A stretch of DNA of 64,000 bases from Deltaproteobacteria bacterium. GTDB lineage: Bacteria; Myxococcota; JACRCW01. The DNA lies in assembly GCA_016218805.1 (NCBI GenBank), contig JACRCW010000159.1, forward strand, positions 1 through 64,000, given 5' to 3'. The translations under genes and the position numbers were made by a program. This document shows, in pieces, positions 10,211 through 21,123 of this stretch (position 1 is its first letter; each line of letters begins with the position of its first letter). The notes under the pieces are model-generated. The model made no database searches, was not told the DNA's origin, and was given only the letters and a program-made list of their open reading frames with translations.

Positions 10211-11908
10211 TCACCCGCCCAGGCGCTCCGGGTACAGCGGGAAACGCAACGCCAGCGTGTGGACCTTCTCCTTGATCGCGGCCAGCGCCTTGTCGTCCGC
10301 CCGCGCCTTCACGGCGGCAATCACCAGCTCACCGATTTCCCGCATTTCCGGCTCGCCCATGCCGCGCGTGGTCACCGCCGGCGTCCCCAGCCGGATGCCG
10401 GAGGTCACCGCCGGCTTTTCACTGTCATACGGGATCATGTTCTTGTTCACCGTGATGCCCGCCTTGCCCAGGGCGCCTTCGCACTCCTTGCCCGTGGCGC
10501 CAAACGGACGGACGTCCAGCAGCATCAGGTGGTTGTCCGTGCCCCCGCTGGCCAGCTTGCCCCCCAGGTCCAGCAGCGTCCGCGCCAGCGTGGCCGCGTT
10601 CTTCACAATCTGCTCCTGGTAACCGCGGAACCCGGGCTGCAGCGCTTCCTGGAAGCACACCGCCTTCCCAGCAATGACGTGCATCAGCGGCCCGCCCTGG
10701 ATGCCCGGGAACACCCGCCCGTCCACCTGCTTCTGGTCCGCGCCGCGCGCCAGGATCAGCCCGCCGCGCGGGCCGCGCAGCGTCTTGTGCGTGGTGGTGG
10801 TGACATAGTCCGCGTGCGGCACCGGACTGGGGTGCTGTCCGGCGGCCACCAGCCCCGCAATGTGCGCCATGTCCACCATCAGCCGCGCGCCGCTGGCCTT
10901 GGCAATGGCCGCAAAACGCGGGAAATCAATGATCCGCGGGTACGCGCTGGCTCCGGCGACAATGAACTTGGGCTTGTGCTCCTGGGCGAGCTTCTCCACC
11001 TCGTCATAATCAACACGCCCGTCATCCTTGCGCACGCCGTACGGGACGATCTTGTACAGCCGCCCGCTGAAGTTCACCGGCGAGCCATGCGTGAGGTGTC
11101 CCCCGTGCTCCAGGTTCATGGCCAGGATGCGGTCCCCCGGTTCCAGGAAGCTCATGTAGACGGCCATGTTGGCCTGCGCGCCTGAGTGCGGCTGCACGTT
11201 GGCGTGCTCCGCGCCGAACAGCTTCTTGGCGCGGTCAATGGCCAGCTGCTCCACCACGTCGTGGAATTCGCAGCCGCCGTAGTAGCGCTTGCCGGGGTAG
11301 CCCTCCGCGTACTTGTTGGTCAGCGGGCTGCCCACCGCCTCCATGACCGCGGCGGACACAAAGTTCTCTGACGCAATGAGCTCCACCCCCTCCGCCTGCC
11401 GGCGCGTCTCCTTGACCACGAGGTCATAGATGTCCGGGTCCGCCGCGCGCAGCGCACCCATGAGGGGGACAGCGGTCTGCTCCTGCTTGGCAATCTTGTC
11501 CACGCGGACCTGGTGGCGGCCGGCCTCAAACTCCGCCGCCAGGAACGCGTCCACCACGGAGGTGGCCAGGCCTGCGCCCACCACGCGTTCGCCCAGGCAC
11601 ACCACGTTGGCGTTGTTGTGCTGCCGCGCATAGCGCGCCTGCCACTCATCCACGCAGTTGGCGGCGCGGATGCCGCTGTACTTGTTGGCGGCAATGGCCA
11701 TGCCCGTGCCGCTGCCGCACACCAGGATGCCCAGGTGCGCGCGCCCGCCGTTCACCGCCGCGCAAACCGCGCCCACCACGTCGGGGTAGTCCACCTTCTC
11801 GGCCCCGGTGGGGCCGGTGTCTGTGACGTCGTGGGCGCCCTGCAGGTGCGCAGTGATCTCTGCCTTGAGCTTCTGTCCCGCGTGGTCCGCGGCAATGACC
11901 AGCTTCAT
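10211..11908 (-). CDS. rpiB-glyA: Ribose-5-phosphate isomerase B fused to serine hydroxymethyltransferase
   Basis: N-terminus [23 protein letters not shown]-terminus [36 protein letters not shown]; one open frame. Confidence 0.9.
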   Translation of the reverse strand: MKLVIAADHAGQKLKAEITAHLQGAHDVTDTGPTGAEKVDYPDVVGAVCAAVNGGRAHLGILVCGSGTGMAIAANKYSGIRAANCVDEWQARYARQHNNANVVCLGERVVGAGLATSVVDAFLAAEFEAGRHQVRVDKIAKQEQTAVPLMGALRAADPDIYDLVVKETRRQAEGVELIASENFVSAAVMEAVGSPLTNKYAEGYPGKRYYGGCEFHDVVEQLAIDRAKKLFGAEHANVQPHSGAQANMAVYMSFLEPGDRILAMNLEHGGHLTHGSPVNFSGRLYKIVPYGVRKDDGRVDYDEVEKLAQEHKPKFIVAGASAYPRIIDFPRFAAIAKASGARLMVDMAHIAGLVAAGQHPSPVPHADYVTTTTHKTLRGPRGGLILARGADQKQVDGRVFPGIQGGPLMHVIAGKAVCFQEALQPGFRGYQEQIVKNAATLARTLLDLGGKLASGGTDNHLMLLDVRPFGATGKECEGALGKAGITVNKNMIPYDSEKPAVTSGIRLGTPAVTTRGMGEPEMREIGELVIAAVKARADDKALAAIKEKVHTLALRFPLYPERLGG

Positions 11909-12006
11909 GGAGAATCCCCTGTTGTCGGTGTGACGGGTGCGGGCGTGTAGACGAGCACCGGGCTGCCCACAAGGGGCGGCCGGCGCCGCACCGACGACGG
12001 GGGGCC

Positions 12007-12651
12007 TCAGGCGGGCCGGCCCAGCAGGCGGGAGCGCAGCTCCGCGGCGTGCGGCACCTCCAGCACGGCGTGGGGCTCACCCGCCACGTCCAGAATCTGC
12101 ACCACGCGTCCTGTCCCCTCCAGGGGCGGGCGGGCGGCGGACGCCACGTGGACCTGGAACTTTGCCTCCGTCTGCACGGGTGGCGGCGCCCCGCCCGCGC
12201 GGATCATCACAAACCCCGTGGCCAGGTCTGCGCAGAAGCGCTCCAGGTCCGCGGCGGTGGCGCACTCCACGGACAGCGGCCCGTGCGCGTACGGGATGCC
12301 GGCACCCACGCCCAGGGCGGGCCGGGAGTGGATGGCCAGGAAGCGCACCCCCATCCCGTTGGCCAGCACGGAGCGCAGTTCCCCCGGCACAATCTGGTGC
12401 CGCGCCACCACGCCGTCCCGGTCCATGGTCCCGGTGGGGGAGTCCACGTGCATGTGGATGTGCGTCGCCAGCGGAACAAGGTCGCGCGTGACCAGGAACA
12501 GGCCGGTGGATGAGATGTCGTGCGTAAGAGCGACATAGCGCAATTCGTCCACGCCGTAGGTGACGCGGAAGCGCCGCCGTTCGCGGACGGCGCGTGCCCG
12601 GTGGTCCGTTCGCATGCTGTATTCCGAATGGGTCCGCTGGACCGTCTGCAT
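12007..12651 (-). CDS. PilZ domain protein
   Basis: RxxxR (RAVRERRR), DISSTG and GMGVRF; probable second degenerate PilZ-like domain. Confidence 0.75.
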   Translation of the reverse strand: MQTVQRTHSEYSMRTDHRARAVRERRRFRVTYGVDELRYVALTHDISSTGLFLVTRDLVPLATHIHMHVDSPTGTMDRDGVVARHQIVPGELRSVLANGMGVRFLAIHSRPALGVGAGIPYAHGPLSVECATAADLERFCADLATGFVMIRAGGAPPPVQTEAKFQVHVASAARPPLEGTGRVVQILDVAGEPHAVLEVPHAAELRSRLLGRPA

Positions 12652-12791
12652 GGGCACCTCGCGGAGAACCGGTGGTTGCCAAGCCCCCCACGGACTTAGC
12701 GTTCACCGTTTGCTGGCGCAGCCCCTCGTCACAACACGATAGGTCATGTGGCCAACTGCGCCACACCGCTGGGATCCATGGGACGCGTGTG

Positions 12792-13532
12792 TCAGCGCAG
12801 GTAATTCACCACGGGGCCCAGGTGCAGGTGGTCTGCCGCCACGTCCAGCACGATGTCCTCCAGCGTGCCGAACGGATCAATGATGGCCATCAGCACGCTG
12901 CGGGGTATCCCCGGCGCCATCTGGGCCTTGATGAGCATCTTGGTGCGGAACAGCGCCTCACCCAGCATGGCGCCGCCGGTGTTGGCTAGCACGTCATTGA
13001 GCGCGGGCCGTTCCGCAGCGGCCTCCACCAGGTACTCCCACAGGATGGCCCACATGACGACGATGGCGATGGACTGCCACCAGCTCACGCCGTGGTTGCG
13101 GTACAGCATGTGGATGGTGGCACCCAGCCACGGGTGCATGAGGTAGTTGTACCCCATGGCGTCACGGTCCGGAAAAACCGGCAGGCTGGTCATGTTCAGC
13201 GCCCAGTTGCGGAAGCTGGGTTCATGCCAGTTGTTGAACTCCAGGATGGCGTCCCGCGCTTCATTCAGCGGCGTGTGCCGTTTGCCCACCGTGGCGTCAA
13301 AGGTGGCGAATCCCAGGCTGACAAACAGGTAGGGCAGGTTGCACACGCCCACCTCCAGCGTGGGCAGCAGGAAGCGCCGTGAGCTGTTGCGCAGCAGTCG
13401 GCTGAAGCGTGACGACGGCGGGTCCTCGCTCCAGGTGGACGCCGGGGCCGGCACGCCGTGGGGCGGGTCGGGGAGCGGGGGCGGAAGCGCGACGTGCAGC
13501 GCACCCGCCATCAGCACGGCGAGCATGGGCAT
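12792..13532 (-). CDS. DUF3943-like membrane protein
   Basis: D.D..NYLMHPWLGA..YRNHG.SWWQS..LWEY.VEA..ERP..ND. Confidence 0.65.
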   Translation of the reverse strand: MPMLAVLMAGALHVALPPPLPDPPHGVPAPASTWSEDPPSSRFSRLLRNSSRRFLLPTLEVGVCNLPYLFVSLGFATFDATVGKRHTPLNEARDAILEFNNWHEPSFRNWALNMTSLPVFPDRDAMGYNYLMHPWLGATIHMLYRNHGVSWWQSIAIVVMWAILWEYLVEAAAERPALNDVLANTGGAMLGEALFRTKMLIKAQMAPGIPRSVLMAIIDPFGTLEDIVLDVAADHLHLGPVVNYLR

Positions 13533-13705
13533 GGGACGCCGACACTACGCGAGGCCAGCGCCGGTCGGCAAACAACGAACCGGCCACCGCGCTGTCCGGT
13601 CCTGCGCGTGGGCCGCGTCTGTTGGAGGCATGGAGCGGCGGCGCGGCCCTACGCGGCCGTTTCGGGGAATGGCGTCACCGGTCCGGGCGTGGTTAGGGTG
13701 CGCGG

Positions 13706-14299
13706 ATGGATTTCACCCGCGTGACAAGATTCCAGCAATCCGTTCCGGGCGGCTGGGACGCGTATCCGGACTACCAGCAGAAAGCGTCCATTTACCGTGA
13801 ATTCCTCGCGCGCGTGGACCTTGCGCCGCACGCGGCCGCCCTGCCGCCGCCGCTGCGGCGCCTGGTTGAAGAGCCCGTGCCCGTCAGCTCCTGGATTCCG
13901 GAGGCGCACAGTTGTGGTCTGTTCCTGGCCATGGCGGACGTCCTGGGCAGTGACGCGGCTTTTGTGACGCACTCCTACGAATCCAACCGCGCGTTGCTCT
14001 CCGGCCCCGCGTACGGGTTCCTCTTCAAGCTGCTGGGCGCGCGGACGGTGCTCAAGGGCGCGCGTACACGGTGGGGGCAGCTGCACCGCGGCATCACCAT
14101 GGACGTGACCTGGGGAGACACCCGCAACGAAGCCTCCCTGATCATGCACTTTCCCGAGCACCTGCTGCCGCCGTTGTTGCTGCGCAGCTACGCCACCGCC
14201 TTCCGCGCAGCGTTGGAGGTGGCCGGCGCATCGGCGGTGGAGGTGCGCGTGGGGGACGCGGCGGCAACGTCAGCGCAGTTCCATGCGGCGTGGAAGTAG
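13706..14299 (+). CDS. Myxobacterial hypothetical protein (DUF2378/V4R-like)
   Basis: VSSWIPE..L, W..LHRG, AALEVAGA and terminal F..W pattern. Confidence 0.5.
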   Translation: MDFTRVTRFQQSVPGGWDAYPDYQQKASIYREFLARVDLAPHAAALPPPLRRLVEEPVPVSSWIPEAHSCGLFLAMADVLGSDAAFVTHSYESNRALLSGPAYGFLFKLLGARTVLKGARTRWGQLHRGITMDVTWGDTRNEASLIMHFPEHLLPPLLLRSYATAFRAALEVAGASAVEVRVGDAAATSAQFHAAWK

Positions 14300-14322
14300 C
14301 TGCCGCTCCGGGGGCTGCATTC

Positions 14323-15720
14323 CTACAGCGTGTGCGTGCGCCGGCGGATGAACTGCCCGTCGCCGGGACGGGCCAGGAACTGGTCATTCTTCACGATCAC
14401 GCGGCCGCGCTGCAGGACGTGGGAGGGACCGCCGCGGACTTTCTTCCCTTCATACGGGTTGTAGTCCACCTTCATGTGCATGGTCTTGACGGAAAGCGTG
14501 ACTTCCTTCTGCGGGTCCCACACCACAATGTCCGCGTCCGCACCCACGGCCAGCGTGCCCTTCTTCCCGTACATGCCAAAGATCTTTGACGGCGTGGTGG
14601 ACGAAATGTCCACGAAACGGTTCAGGTCGATCTTGCCCTGCTGCACCGCCTCCCACAGCAGGTACATGCGGGACTCCACGCCGGGCATGCCGTTGGGGAC
14701 CTTGGAGAAGTCATCCCGGCCCAGCTCCTTCTGGTCCTTCATGCAGAACGGGCAATGATCCGTGGCCACCACCTGCAGGTCATGGTTGCGGATGCCGCGC
14801 CACAGTTGCTCATGGTGGTGCTGCGGCCGCAGCGGCGGCGTGCAGATGTACGCGGCGCCGTCAAACCCGGGGCGCGCCAGGTCATCCTGGGACAGGAACA
14901 GGTACTGCGGGCAGGTCTCCGCAAACGCGGGCAGGCCGCGGTCCCGCGCTTCGCGCACGCGCTCCAGCGCGCGCGCCGCGGACAGGTGCACAATGTAGAC
15001 GGGCACCTTGGCCATCTCCGCCAGGGCAATGGCGCGCTCCGTGCCCGTGGCCTCGGCGGCCTCCGGGCGGGTGAGGGCGTGGTAGACGGGGGCGCGTTCG
15101 CCGCGGGAACGCGCGCGTTCAATCAGCACATCAATGGGCAGCCCCGTCTCGGCGTGCATGCAGATGAGCGCGCCCAGCTCACCCGCGCGCAGCATGCCGC
15201 GGAAGATGGACTGATCATCCAGCAGCAGCACGTTGGGATAGGCCATGAAGAGTTTGAAGCTGGTCACGCCCTCATCAACAATCCGCTTCATCTCCTCCAG
15301 CCGCGCGGGCGGCAGGTCCGTGGCGATCATGTGGAACGCATAGTCCGCCACCGCCTTGCCGGACGCCTTCTTGTGCCAGGTGTCCAGCGCCTCCGTGAGC
15401 GTGCCGCCCTTCTGCTGGATGGCAAAGTCAATGATGGTGGTGGTGCCGCCGTACGCCGCCGCGCGCGTGCCGGTTTCAAAGTCATCACTGCTGGTGGTGC
15501 CGCCAAATGGCATGTCCAGGTGCGTGTGCACGTCAATGCCGCCGGGGAACAGGAACTGGCCCTTGGCGTCAATGGTCTCGTCAAATTGGGGGACGCGGTC
15601 CTTGGGGAGCGTCCCCACCGGGGCGGTGATGGCTTCCACTTTGTCGTCGTTGAGCCAGACGTCGGCCTTGAACGTTTCCGACGCGGTCACGACGGTGCCG
15701 TTGGCGATGAGCTTGCGCAT
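14323..15720 (-). CDS. hydA: Dihydropyrimidinase
   Basis: PGGIDVHTH, GGTTTIIDF, GVTSFKLFMAY, ETCPQYL, ATDHCPF, PNGMPGVE. Confidence 0.93.
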   Translation of the reverse strand: MRKLIANGTVVTASETFKADVWLNDDKVEAITAPVGTLPKDRVPQFDETIDAKGQFLFPGGIDVHTHLDMPFGGTTSSDDFETGTRAAAYGGTTTIIDFAIQQKGGTLTEALDTWHKKASGKAVADYAFHMIATDLPPARLEEMKRIVDEGVTSFKLFMAYPNVLLLDDQSIFRGMLRAGELGALICMHAETGLPIDVLIERARSRGERAPVYHALTRPEAAEATGTERAIALAEMAKVPVYIVHLSAARALERVREARDRGLPAFAETCPQYLFLSQDDLARPGFDGAAYICTPPLRPQHHHEQLWRGIRNHDLQVVATDHCPFCMKDQKELGRDDFSKVPNGMPGVESRMYLLWEAVQQGKIDLNRFVDISSTTPSKIFGMYGKKGTLAVGADADIVVWDPQKEVTLSVKTMHMKVDYNPYEGKKVRGGPSHVLQRGRVIVKNDQFLARPGDGQFIRRRTHTL

Positions 15721-15766
15721 TCGCGGGTTCTCCAGGTTGTCTGGGGGATGTAGTGAACGGAAACGC

Positions 15767-16633
15767 TCAGGGCAGCTGCTTGGTCATGTCGTCGTACGTC
15801 TCGGGGCGGCGGTCACGGAAGAACTGCCAGGTGCGCCGCACCTCCTCAATCATGTCAAGGTCGCAGTCCGCCACCACCAGTTCGTCCTTGTCTTCACTGG
15901 CCTGCGCCAGGAAGTTGCCCCGGGGGTCCACCACGTAGGAGGTCCCGTAGAACCGGCCGATATTCCACGGCGCTTCCGTGCCCACGCGGTTGGAGCACGC
16001 CCAGAAGTTGCCGTTGGCCACCGCATGCGCGGGCTGCTCCAGCTTCCACAGGTATTGCGACAGGCCCGCCACCGTGGCGGAGGGATTGAACACGATTTCC
16101 GCGCCGTGCAGGGACAGCAGGCGCGCGCCCTCCGGGAAGTGCCGATCATAGCAGATGTACACGCCCACGTTGGCGTGCCGGGTCTTGAACACGGGATATC
16201 CCAGGTTGCCGGGCTTGAAATAGTACTTTTCCCAGAAGCCGCCGGTCTGCGGAATGTGCTGTTTCCGGTACTTCCCCAGGTACGTCCCGTCGGCGTCCAG
16301 CACCGCGGCGGTGTTGTAGTACACGCCGGCCATTTCGCGTTCATACACGGGGACCACCATGGCCATGTTGTACTTGCGCGCGTACTGGCTCAGCAGCTCC
16401 GTGGACGGGCCCGGCACGCTTTCCGCCGTGGCGTACCATTCCGGCGTCTGCGCCGGGCAGAAGTACGGCGTGGAGAAGATCTCCTGCAGGCCCAGCACCT
16501 GCACGCCCTTCTTGCCCGCCTCCTCAATGAGCGGGATGTGCTTGTCAATCATCGCCTTCTTGATGGCATCCATGTTCCCCGTCGTCATGGGGGTGGACGC
16601 CTGGATGAGACCCACCTTCACGATCCTGGCCAT
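15767..16633 (-). CDS. Beta-ureidopropionase / nitrilase-family C-N hydrolase
   Basis: LQEIF, YRKQHIP, FWEKYYFKPG, ICYDRHFPE triad motifs; adjacent to hydA. Confidence 0.88.
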   Translation of the reverse strand: MARIVKVGLIQASTPMTTGNMDAIKKAMIDKHIPLIEEAGKKGVQVLGLQEIFSTPYFCPAQTPEWYATAESVPGPSTELLSQYARKYNMAMVVPVYEREMAGVYYNTAAVLDADGTYLGKYRKQHIPQTGGFWEKYYFKPGNLGYPVFKTRHANVGVYICYDRHFPEGARLLSLHGAEIVFNPSATVAGLSQYLWKLEQPAHAVANGNFWACSNRVGTEAPWNIGRFYGTSYVVDPRGNFLAQASEDKDELVVADCDLDMIEEVRRTWQFFRDRRPETYDDMTKQLP

Positions 16634-16839
16634 CGGCGGTGCTCCTGTGCTGTCGGGTTGGGAAGGGTGGGATTAAGCCGTGGGCAGGACCGCGGGCAAG
16701 CGGAGCCCGACGGTGCCGGGGTTTTCGGCGCGGCGCGGCATCAACGCCGGCGCGTGGCCCCGTGCGGCAAACCGGCTTGCGGGAGGTGGAACCCTGCGGT
16801 ACGGCAGGCGCCCCGCGAACCAACCCCCGACGAGAACGG

Positions 16840-17448
16840 ATGCATCCCATGACCCACGTGGCGGCGAACAAGGTGGTGACGATGTCCTTCCAGCTGAAGG
16901 ACAAGGACGGCAAGTTGCTGGACGAGGCGGACGCGACGCACCCGCTCACCTACCTGCATGGCCACGACAACCTGCCCACGGGCATTGAGAAGGTGGTGGA
17001 GGGGGCCGCCGTGGGCGAGGCGCGGGAGGCGGCGTTGGCGGCGAAGGACGCGTTTGGCACGCGCGACGAGGCCAAGGTGGAGAAGATTGGCCGGCATCAC
17101 CTGCCCGCCAAGGCCAAGGTGCGCGTGGGGGACCTGCTGACGCTGGAGTCACGCGATGGCGTGCGCGACGCGGTGGTGACGGCGCTGACCCCGGTCACCG
17201 TCACGCTGGACTTCAACCACCCGCTGGCCGGCCGTGACGTGCAGGTGGCCATGAAGGTCATCTCCATCCGTGACGCGTCTGACGAGGAGAAGGAGCACGG
17301 CCACGCGCACGGGCCCGAGGGCCACGGGCACGATCATGATCATGATCATGGCCATGAACACGAGCACGATCACGAACACGATCACGGCGCTGAGCACGGG
17401 GAATGCGACGACCCTGCGCACGACCACACGCACGATCACGATCACTGA
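16840..17448 (+). CDS. slyD: FKBP-type peptidyl-prolyl isomerase SlyD with His-rich tail
   Basis: PLTYLHG..NLP.GIEK, LDFNHPLAG, HGHAH followed by HD/HE repeats. Confidence 0.85.
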   Translation: MHPMTHVAANKVVTMSFQLKDKDGKLLDEADATHPLTYLHGHDNLPTGIEKVVEGAAVGEAREAALAAKDAFGTRDEAKVEKIGRHHLPAKAKVRVGDLLTLESRDGVRDAVVTALTPVTVTLDFNHPLAGRDVQVAMKVISIRDASDEEKEHGHAHGPEGHGHDHDHDHGHEHEHDHEHDHGAEHGECDDPAHDHTHDHDH

Positions 17449-17511
17449 CGCGCGACCGAGGCGTGTCCAAGTCTGCGCCGGCATCTGTTCCACGAATGCC
17501 ACGTCCGAACT

Positions 17512-17534
17512 GCATGCACGCTTTGTGTGCATGC
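17512..17534. terminator. Hairpin downstream of slyD
   Basis: GCATGCAC / GTGCATGC inverted repeat; no U-tract. Confidence 0.3.
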
Positions 17535-17694
17535 GTGCCCCTTTGGGGGGCGGCCGGCGACGTCAGTCGCCGGGGGTGGGGGCCCCCCAACGGGTTTGGT
17601 CCCACCCGGGGAAGACGGCTGAAGCGGACCCCCCACCCCCCTCGCCGACGTCGCTGCGCTCCGTCGTCGAGGGCCGCCCCCCAAAGGGGGCGGC
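17535..17694. repeat. Inverted pair of REP-like elements (REPIN-like doublet)
   Basis: 17535-17582 (-) and 17629-17694 (+) both read CCCCCACCCCC-hairpin-GGCCGCCCCCCAAAGGGG. Confidence 0.7.
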
Positions 17695-17782
17695 GTAGAT
17701 GGGCTTGCCTGCGGCAAGCCCGCCACGCGTCGTGGAACGGGCATCCGTTGCGCCGGATGGAATCCGCCGCGTGCGCGTACAG

Positions 17783-20278
17783 TCAGTCCGCCGAGCGACG
17801 CCGTGGCGTAGGCGGGTCCAGTTTGCGCCCGCGCGACGCCAGCCACGCCTCATGCAGCCCGTCCAGGCGCGCCCGGCACGCGGCGCCCACGCACCCCGGC
17901 GGGAAATGTCCGTGCGCATCCGCTGCTCCCAGCGGCGCCCCCATGGTGATTTCCACCGCCTCTTCCAGCGTGCGCACCGCGTGGATGGTGAAGCGCTTCC
18001 TTGCCACCGCTTCCACCACGTCGTCACGCAGCATCAGCTCGCTGACGTTGCCCACCGGCATCACCACGCCAATGCCGGGCTTTCCGCCCAGCGCCTGGCA
18101 GGTGTCAAAATAGCCCTCAATCTTTTCATTCACGCCGCCCACCGTCTGCACGTGACCCAACTGGTCAATGGAGCCGGTGACCGCCATGCCCTGCCGCAGC
18201 GGCACGCCGGAGAGCGCGGACAGCAGCGCCAGGCACTCAGCCAGTGACGCGCTGTCGCCCTCCACCTCGGAGTAGTTCTGCTCCATGCACAGCGTGGCAC
18301 CCAGCGTGAGCGGGGCGTGCTTGCCAAAGCGGTCTCCCAGGATGGCCTGCAGGATGATGACGCCCTTGCTGTGGATGGGCCCGCCCAGGTCCACTTCGCG
18401 CTCAACGTCAATGACGCCGCCCTTGCCCACGTGCACCCGCGCCGTGATGCGGCTGGGGTGGCCAAAGCTGTAGCTGCCCAGCTCCACCACGGTGAGCCCG
18501 TTGACCTGGCCCACCACCGCGCCCTCCGAATCAATGCGGATGGAGCCGTCCTTGACCGCCTCGCGCAGGCGGTCCTCCAGGTAGCGTTCGCGGTCGCGGC
18601 GGGCGTCCAGCGCGGCGGTCACATCACGCAGGTTGATGACGCGGCTGCGCCGCCGCGTGGCCCAGAAGCTCGCTTCACGCACCAGGTCGGCAATCTCACC
18701 GAACCGAGTGCTGAGCTTCTTGCGGTCCGACGCCAGGCGCGCCGCCTCCTCAAGAATCCGCGCGAGTCCCGTGGCGTCAAACCGGCGCAGTCCCTCTTCG
18801 CGTGCCAGCGCAACAATAAATGTGGCGAAACCCCGCAGGCGCTCCGGCGTGCGGTCCATCTCAACGTCAAAGTCCGCTTTGATCTTGAAGAGCTTCTGGA
18901 AATCCGGGTCACCCTTGCTGAGCTGGTAGTAGAGGTCCGGCGTCCCGACGATGATCACCTTCACCTGCAGCGGGATGGGCTCCGGACGCAGCGCGGCGAT
19001 GCTGATCATCCGCCCCGGCTCGCCGGCGTCTTCAATCTCCAGCGCGCGGTTCTTGAGCGCGCGCTTGAGGGCTTCATACGCCGGGGGCTCACGGAACAGC
19101 TCCATGGCATCAATGAGCAGGTACCCGCCGTTGGCGCGGTGCAGCGCGCCGGCCTTGATGCGCGTGAAGTCCGTGATGGTCTCGCCGCCCCGCAGCCGGT
19201 GCTCAATGCGGCCCATCAGGTTGAACATGGTGGGGTGCGTCTCCTCAATGACCGGCGCACCCTTCTGCGAGCGGTTGTCCACCAGCGCGTTGATCCGGTA
19301 GCGCGTGAACAGGTTCTCGCCGTCCTGGCCGGAGTCCGCGGAGGGCACCAACAGCTGCGGGCGCTGGGGCATCTGGTCGCCCGGCGGCGCCTGTCCCTCG
19401 GCGGGGGTTTCCTGGGTCTCGTCCGGCGGGCGCAGTTCCGCGGTGTGCTCCACCAGGTCGTCAATGACGCGCTCAAAGTGCCAGCGCAGCATGTCCTGTT
19501 CCCGGTACGCCTCGGCCACCTCCATCACCATGGGCGTGACCACGCGGCGCACTTCCTCCTTGTCCAGATCCTGCAGCGCCTTGTCGGTCTCGCGCTGCAG
19601 CCCGCGGATCTGCCGCACCACGTCGTCCAGCAGCTCCTCCACCGCGGAGCCCTGCTGTTCCAGCCGCTGCCGCTCCTTGCGGGGCAGCGAGCGGAACTGT
19701 TCCTCCGTCATGGGCTCCCCGTCGGTGGCGGGTCCCAGCGCCAGGCCGGTGGGGCTGCGCTGCAGCGCAAAGCCGCGCCGCGCGGCCTCCTTCTCCACGG
19801 AGCGGAGCCGCTTCTCCTCCTGGTCCGAGTGCCGGTCGATGATCTTCTGCCGCCGCTGGCGGTACGCGTCGCCCTCAAACGCGCGCATCAGCTCCTGCTG
19901 GAGGCGCTGGAGCATTTCGTCCACTTCGCGCTTGAGCTTGTGCGCGGTGCCGCGCGGCAGCTTCACCGCGCGCGGGCGGTCCGCGTCATCAAAGTTGTAC
20001 AGCAGCGCCCAGTCATCCGGGACCTCCTCCTTGCGCGCGCGCTCCAGCAGGATGGAGCGCACCGTGGACGTGCGGCCCGTCCCGGCCGCACCCACCACAA
20101 AGATGTTGAACCCGCGTTCCCGGATGCCCAGCCCCACGTCCAGCGCGCGCATGGCGCGTTCCTGGCCCAGCGCGCCGGGGCGCGCGGTCTTGGTCACGCG
20201 CTTCAGCGACGAGGCGACGGCGCGGGGGTCACAGGTCCAGCGGAGCTCGGATGCGGCGAGGGGCCGGGGTGTGCTCAT
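17783..20278 (-). CDS. Lon-like AAA protease (LonC/LonB type)
   Basis: GQERA, GAAGTGRT, GALHRANGGYL, VGQVNGL, EGDSAS (Ser) and GGVNEKIEG (Lys). Confidence 0.9.
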   Translation of the reverse strand: MSTPRPLAASELRWTCDPRAVASSLKRVTKTARPGALGQERAMRALDVGLGIRERGFNIFVVGAAGTGRTSTVRSILLERARKEEVPDDWALLYNFDDADRPRAVKLPRGTAHKLKREVDEMLQRLQQELMRAFEGDAYRQRRQKIIDRHSDQEEKRLRSVEKEAARRGFALQRSPTGLALGPATDGEPMTEEQFRSLPRKERQRLEQQGSAVEELLDDVVRQIRGLQRETDKALQDLDKEEVRRVVTPMVMEVAEAYREQDMLRWHFERVIDDLVEHTAELRPPDETQETPAEGQAPPGDQMPQRPQLLVPSADSGQDGENLFTRYRINALVDNRSQKGAPVIEETHPTMFNLMGRIEHRLRGGETITDFTRIKAGALHRANGGYLLIDAMELFREPPAYEALKRALKNRALEIEDAGEPGRMISIAALRPEPIPLQVKVIIVGTPDLYYQLSKGDPDFQKLFKIKADFDVEMDRTPERLRGFATFIVALAREEGLRRFDATGLARILEEAARLASDRKKLSTRFGEIADLVREASFWATRRRSRVINLRDVTAALDARRDRERYLEDRLREAVKDGSIRIDSEGAVVGQVNGLTVVELGSYSFGHPSRITARVHVGKGGVIDVEREVDLGGPIHSKGVIILQAILGDRFGKHAPLTLGATLCMEQNYSEVEGDSASLAECLALLSALSGVPLRQGMAVTGSIDQLGHVQTVGGVNEKIEGYFDTCQALGGKPGIGVVMPVGNVSELMLRDDVVEAVARKRFTIHAVRTLEEAVEITMGAPLGAADAHGHFPPGCVGAACRARLDGLHEAWLASRGRKLDPPTPRRRSAD

Positions 20279-20395
20279 GCCCGACGGTATAGGCGCCCCT
20301 GGGACGGCGGGGAAGCGGGAATCACCGCACCCCCGACGGAACGCTGCCGCGCCCGAACCGCGCGACCAAGTAAGAGGCGCCCGGCACCACGCGCC

Positions 20396-21055
20396 TCATC
20401 CACCGCCTCCGTCGGGCGCGCCGCCGTCCACGTTGCATGACTGGCCCAACCGGTAACCGCCACGACACGTGCACAGACAGTCCGCCAGCGACTCCGGCTC
20501 AGCGCAGTACGGCGTGACCCGCAGCGTCTGCTGCAGGTGCCGCCCGTCCCGGTCCTCCAACGTGACTTCCAGATCAAACGGGTTGCCGTGCAGGTCCCGC
20601 TCCGTCCACTGGTTGGGGCACAGCGGGATGTTGGCAAACGTGGTGATGTTGGTCTCCGCGCTTTGCGCCCAGCCGCCGTCCGTGGCGCGCAGGTTCACCG
20701 TGCGCGCATCCAGGCGCACCTGCCGCGTCATGGTGTCCCGCAACACGCCCGTCAGCCGCGCCTGGCACGGGTCCACGTTGCGCGCCCGCACACCCACAAA
20801 CGCCACCCGCCCGCCCTGCGGCGGGAACATCATGGGCAGCGCGCCACCGTCCAGGAGCGCGGACGCGCGGTAGTGCTCGTCCAGCACGGTGACCTCCAGC
20901 TCCGCCGCCTGCCGTGGGTCACCCGCAAAAGGCAACTGGCACCGGCCCGTGCTGGTCCCCGAAGAACCCGCGTCCACCCCCGACCACGGAAGACCGCTGC
21001 AGGCGGACGCGGCCAGCGCAACAAGAAGCACGACGTGGTGCGGGTGGGGGAACAT
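20396..21055 (-). CDS. Hypothetical Cys-rich lipoprotein
   Basis: Hydrophobic leader with ASAC lipobox; PPQGG motif; C-terminal CLCTC. Confidence 0.6.
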   Translation of the reverse strand: MFPHPHHVVLLVALAASACSGLPWSGVDAGSSGTSTGRCQLPFAGDPRQAAELEVTVLDEHYRASALLDGGALPMMFPPQGGRVAFVGVRARNVDPCQARLTGVLRDTMTRQVRLDARTVNLRATDGGWAQSAETNITTFANIPLCPNQWTERDLHGNPFDLEVTLEDRDGRHLQQTLRVTPYCAEPESLADCLCTCRGGYRLGQSCNVDGGAPDGGGG

Positions 21056-21123
21056 GCGGACGCGGGACCGTATCACACGCTGCGGGCCGGTCTTCCCGCA
21101 CGCCGGCCCACGCACCGGCGCCA

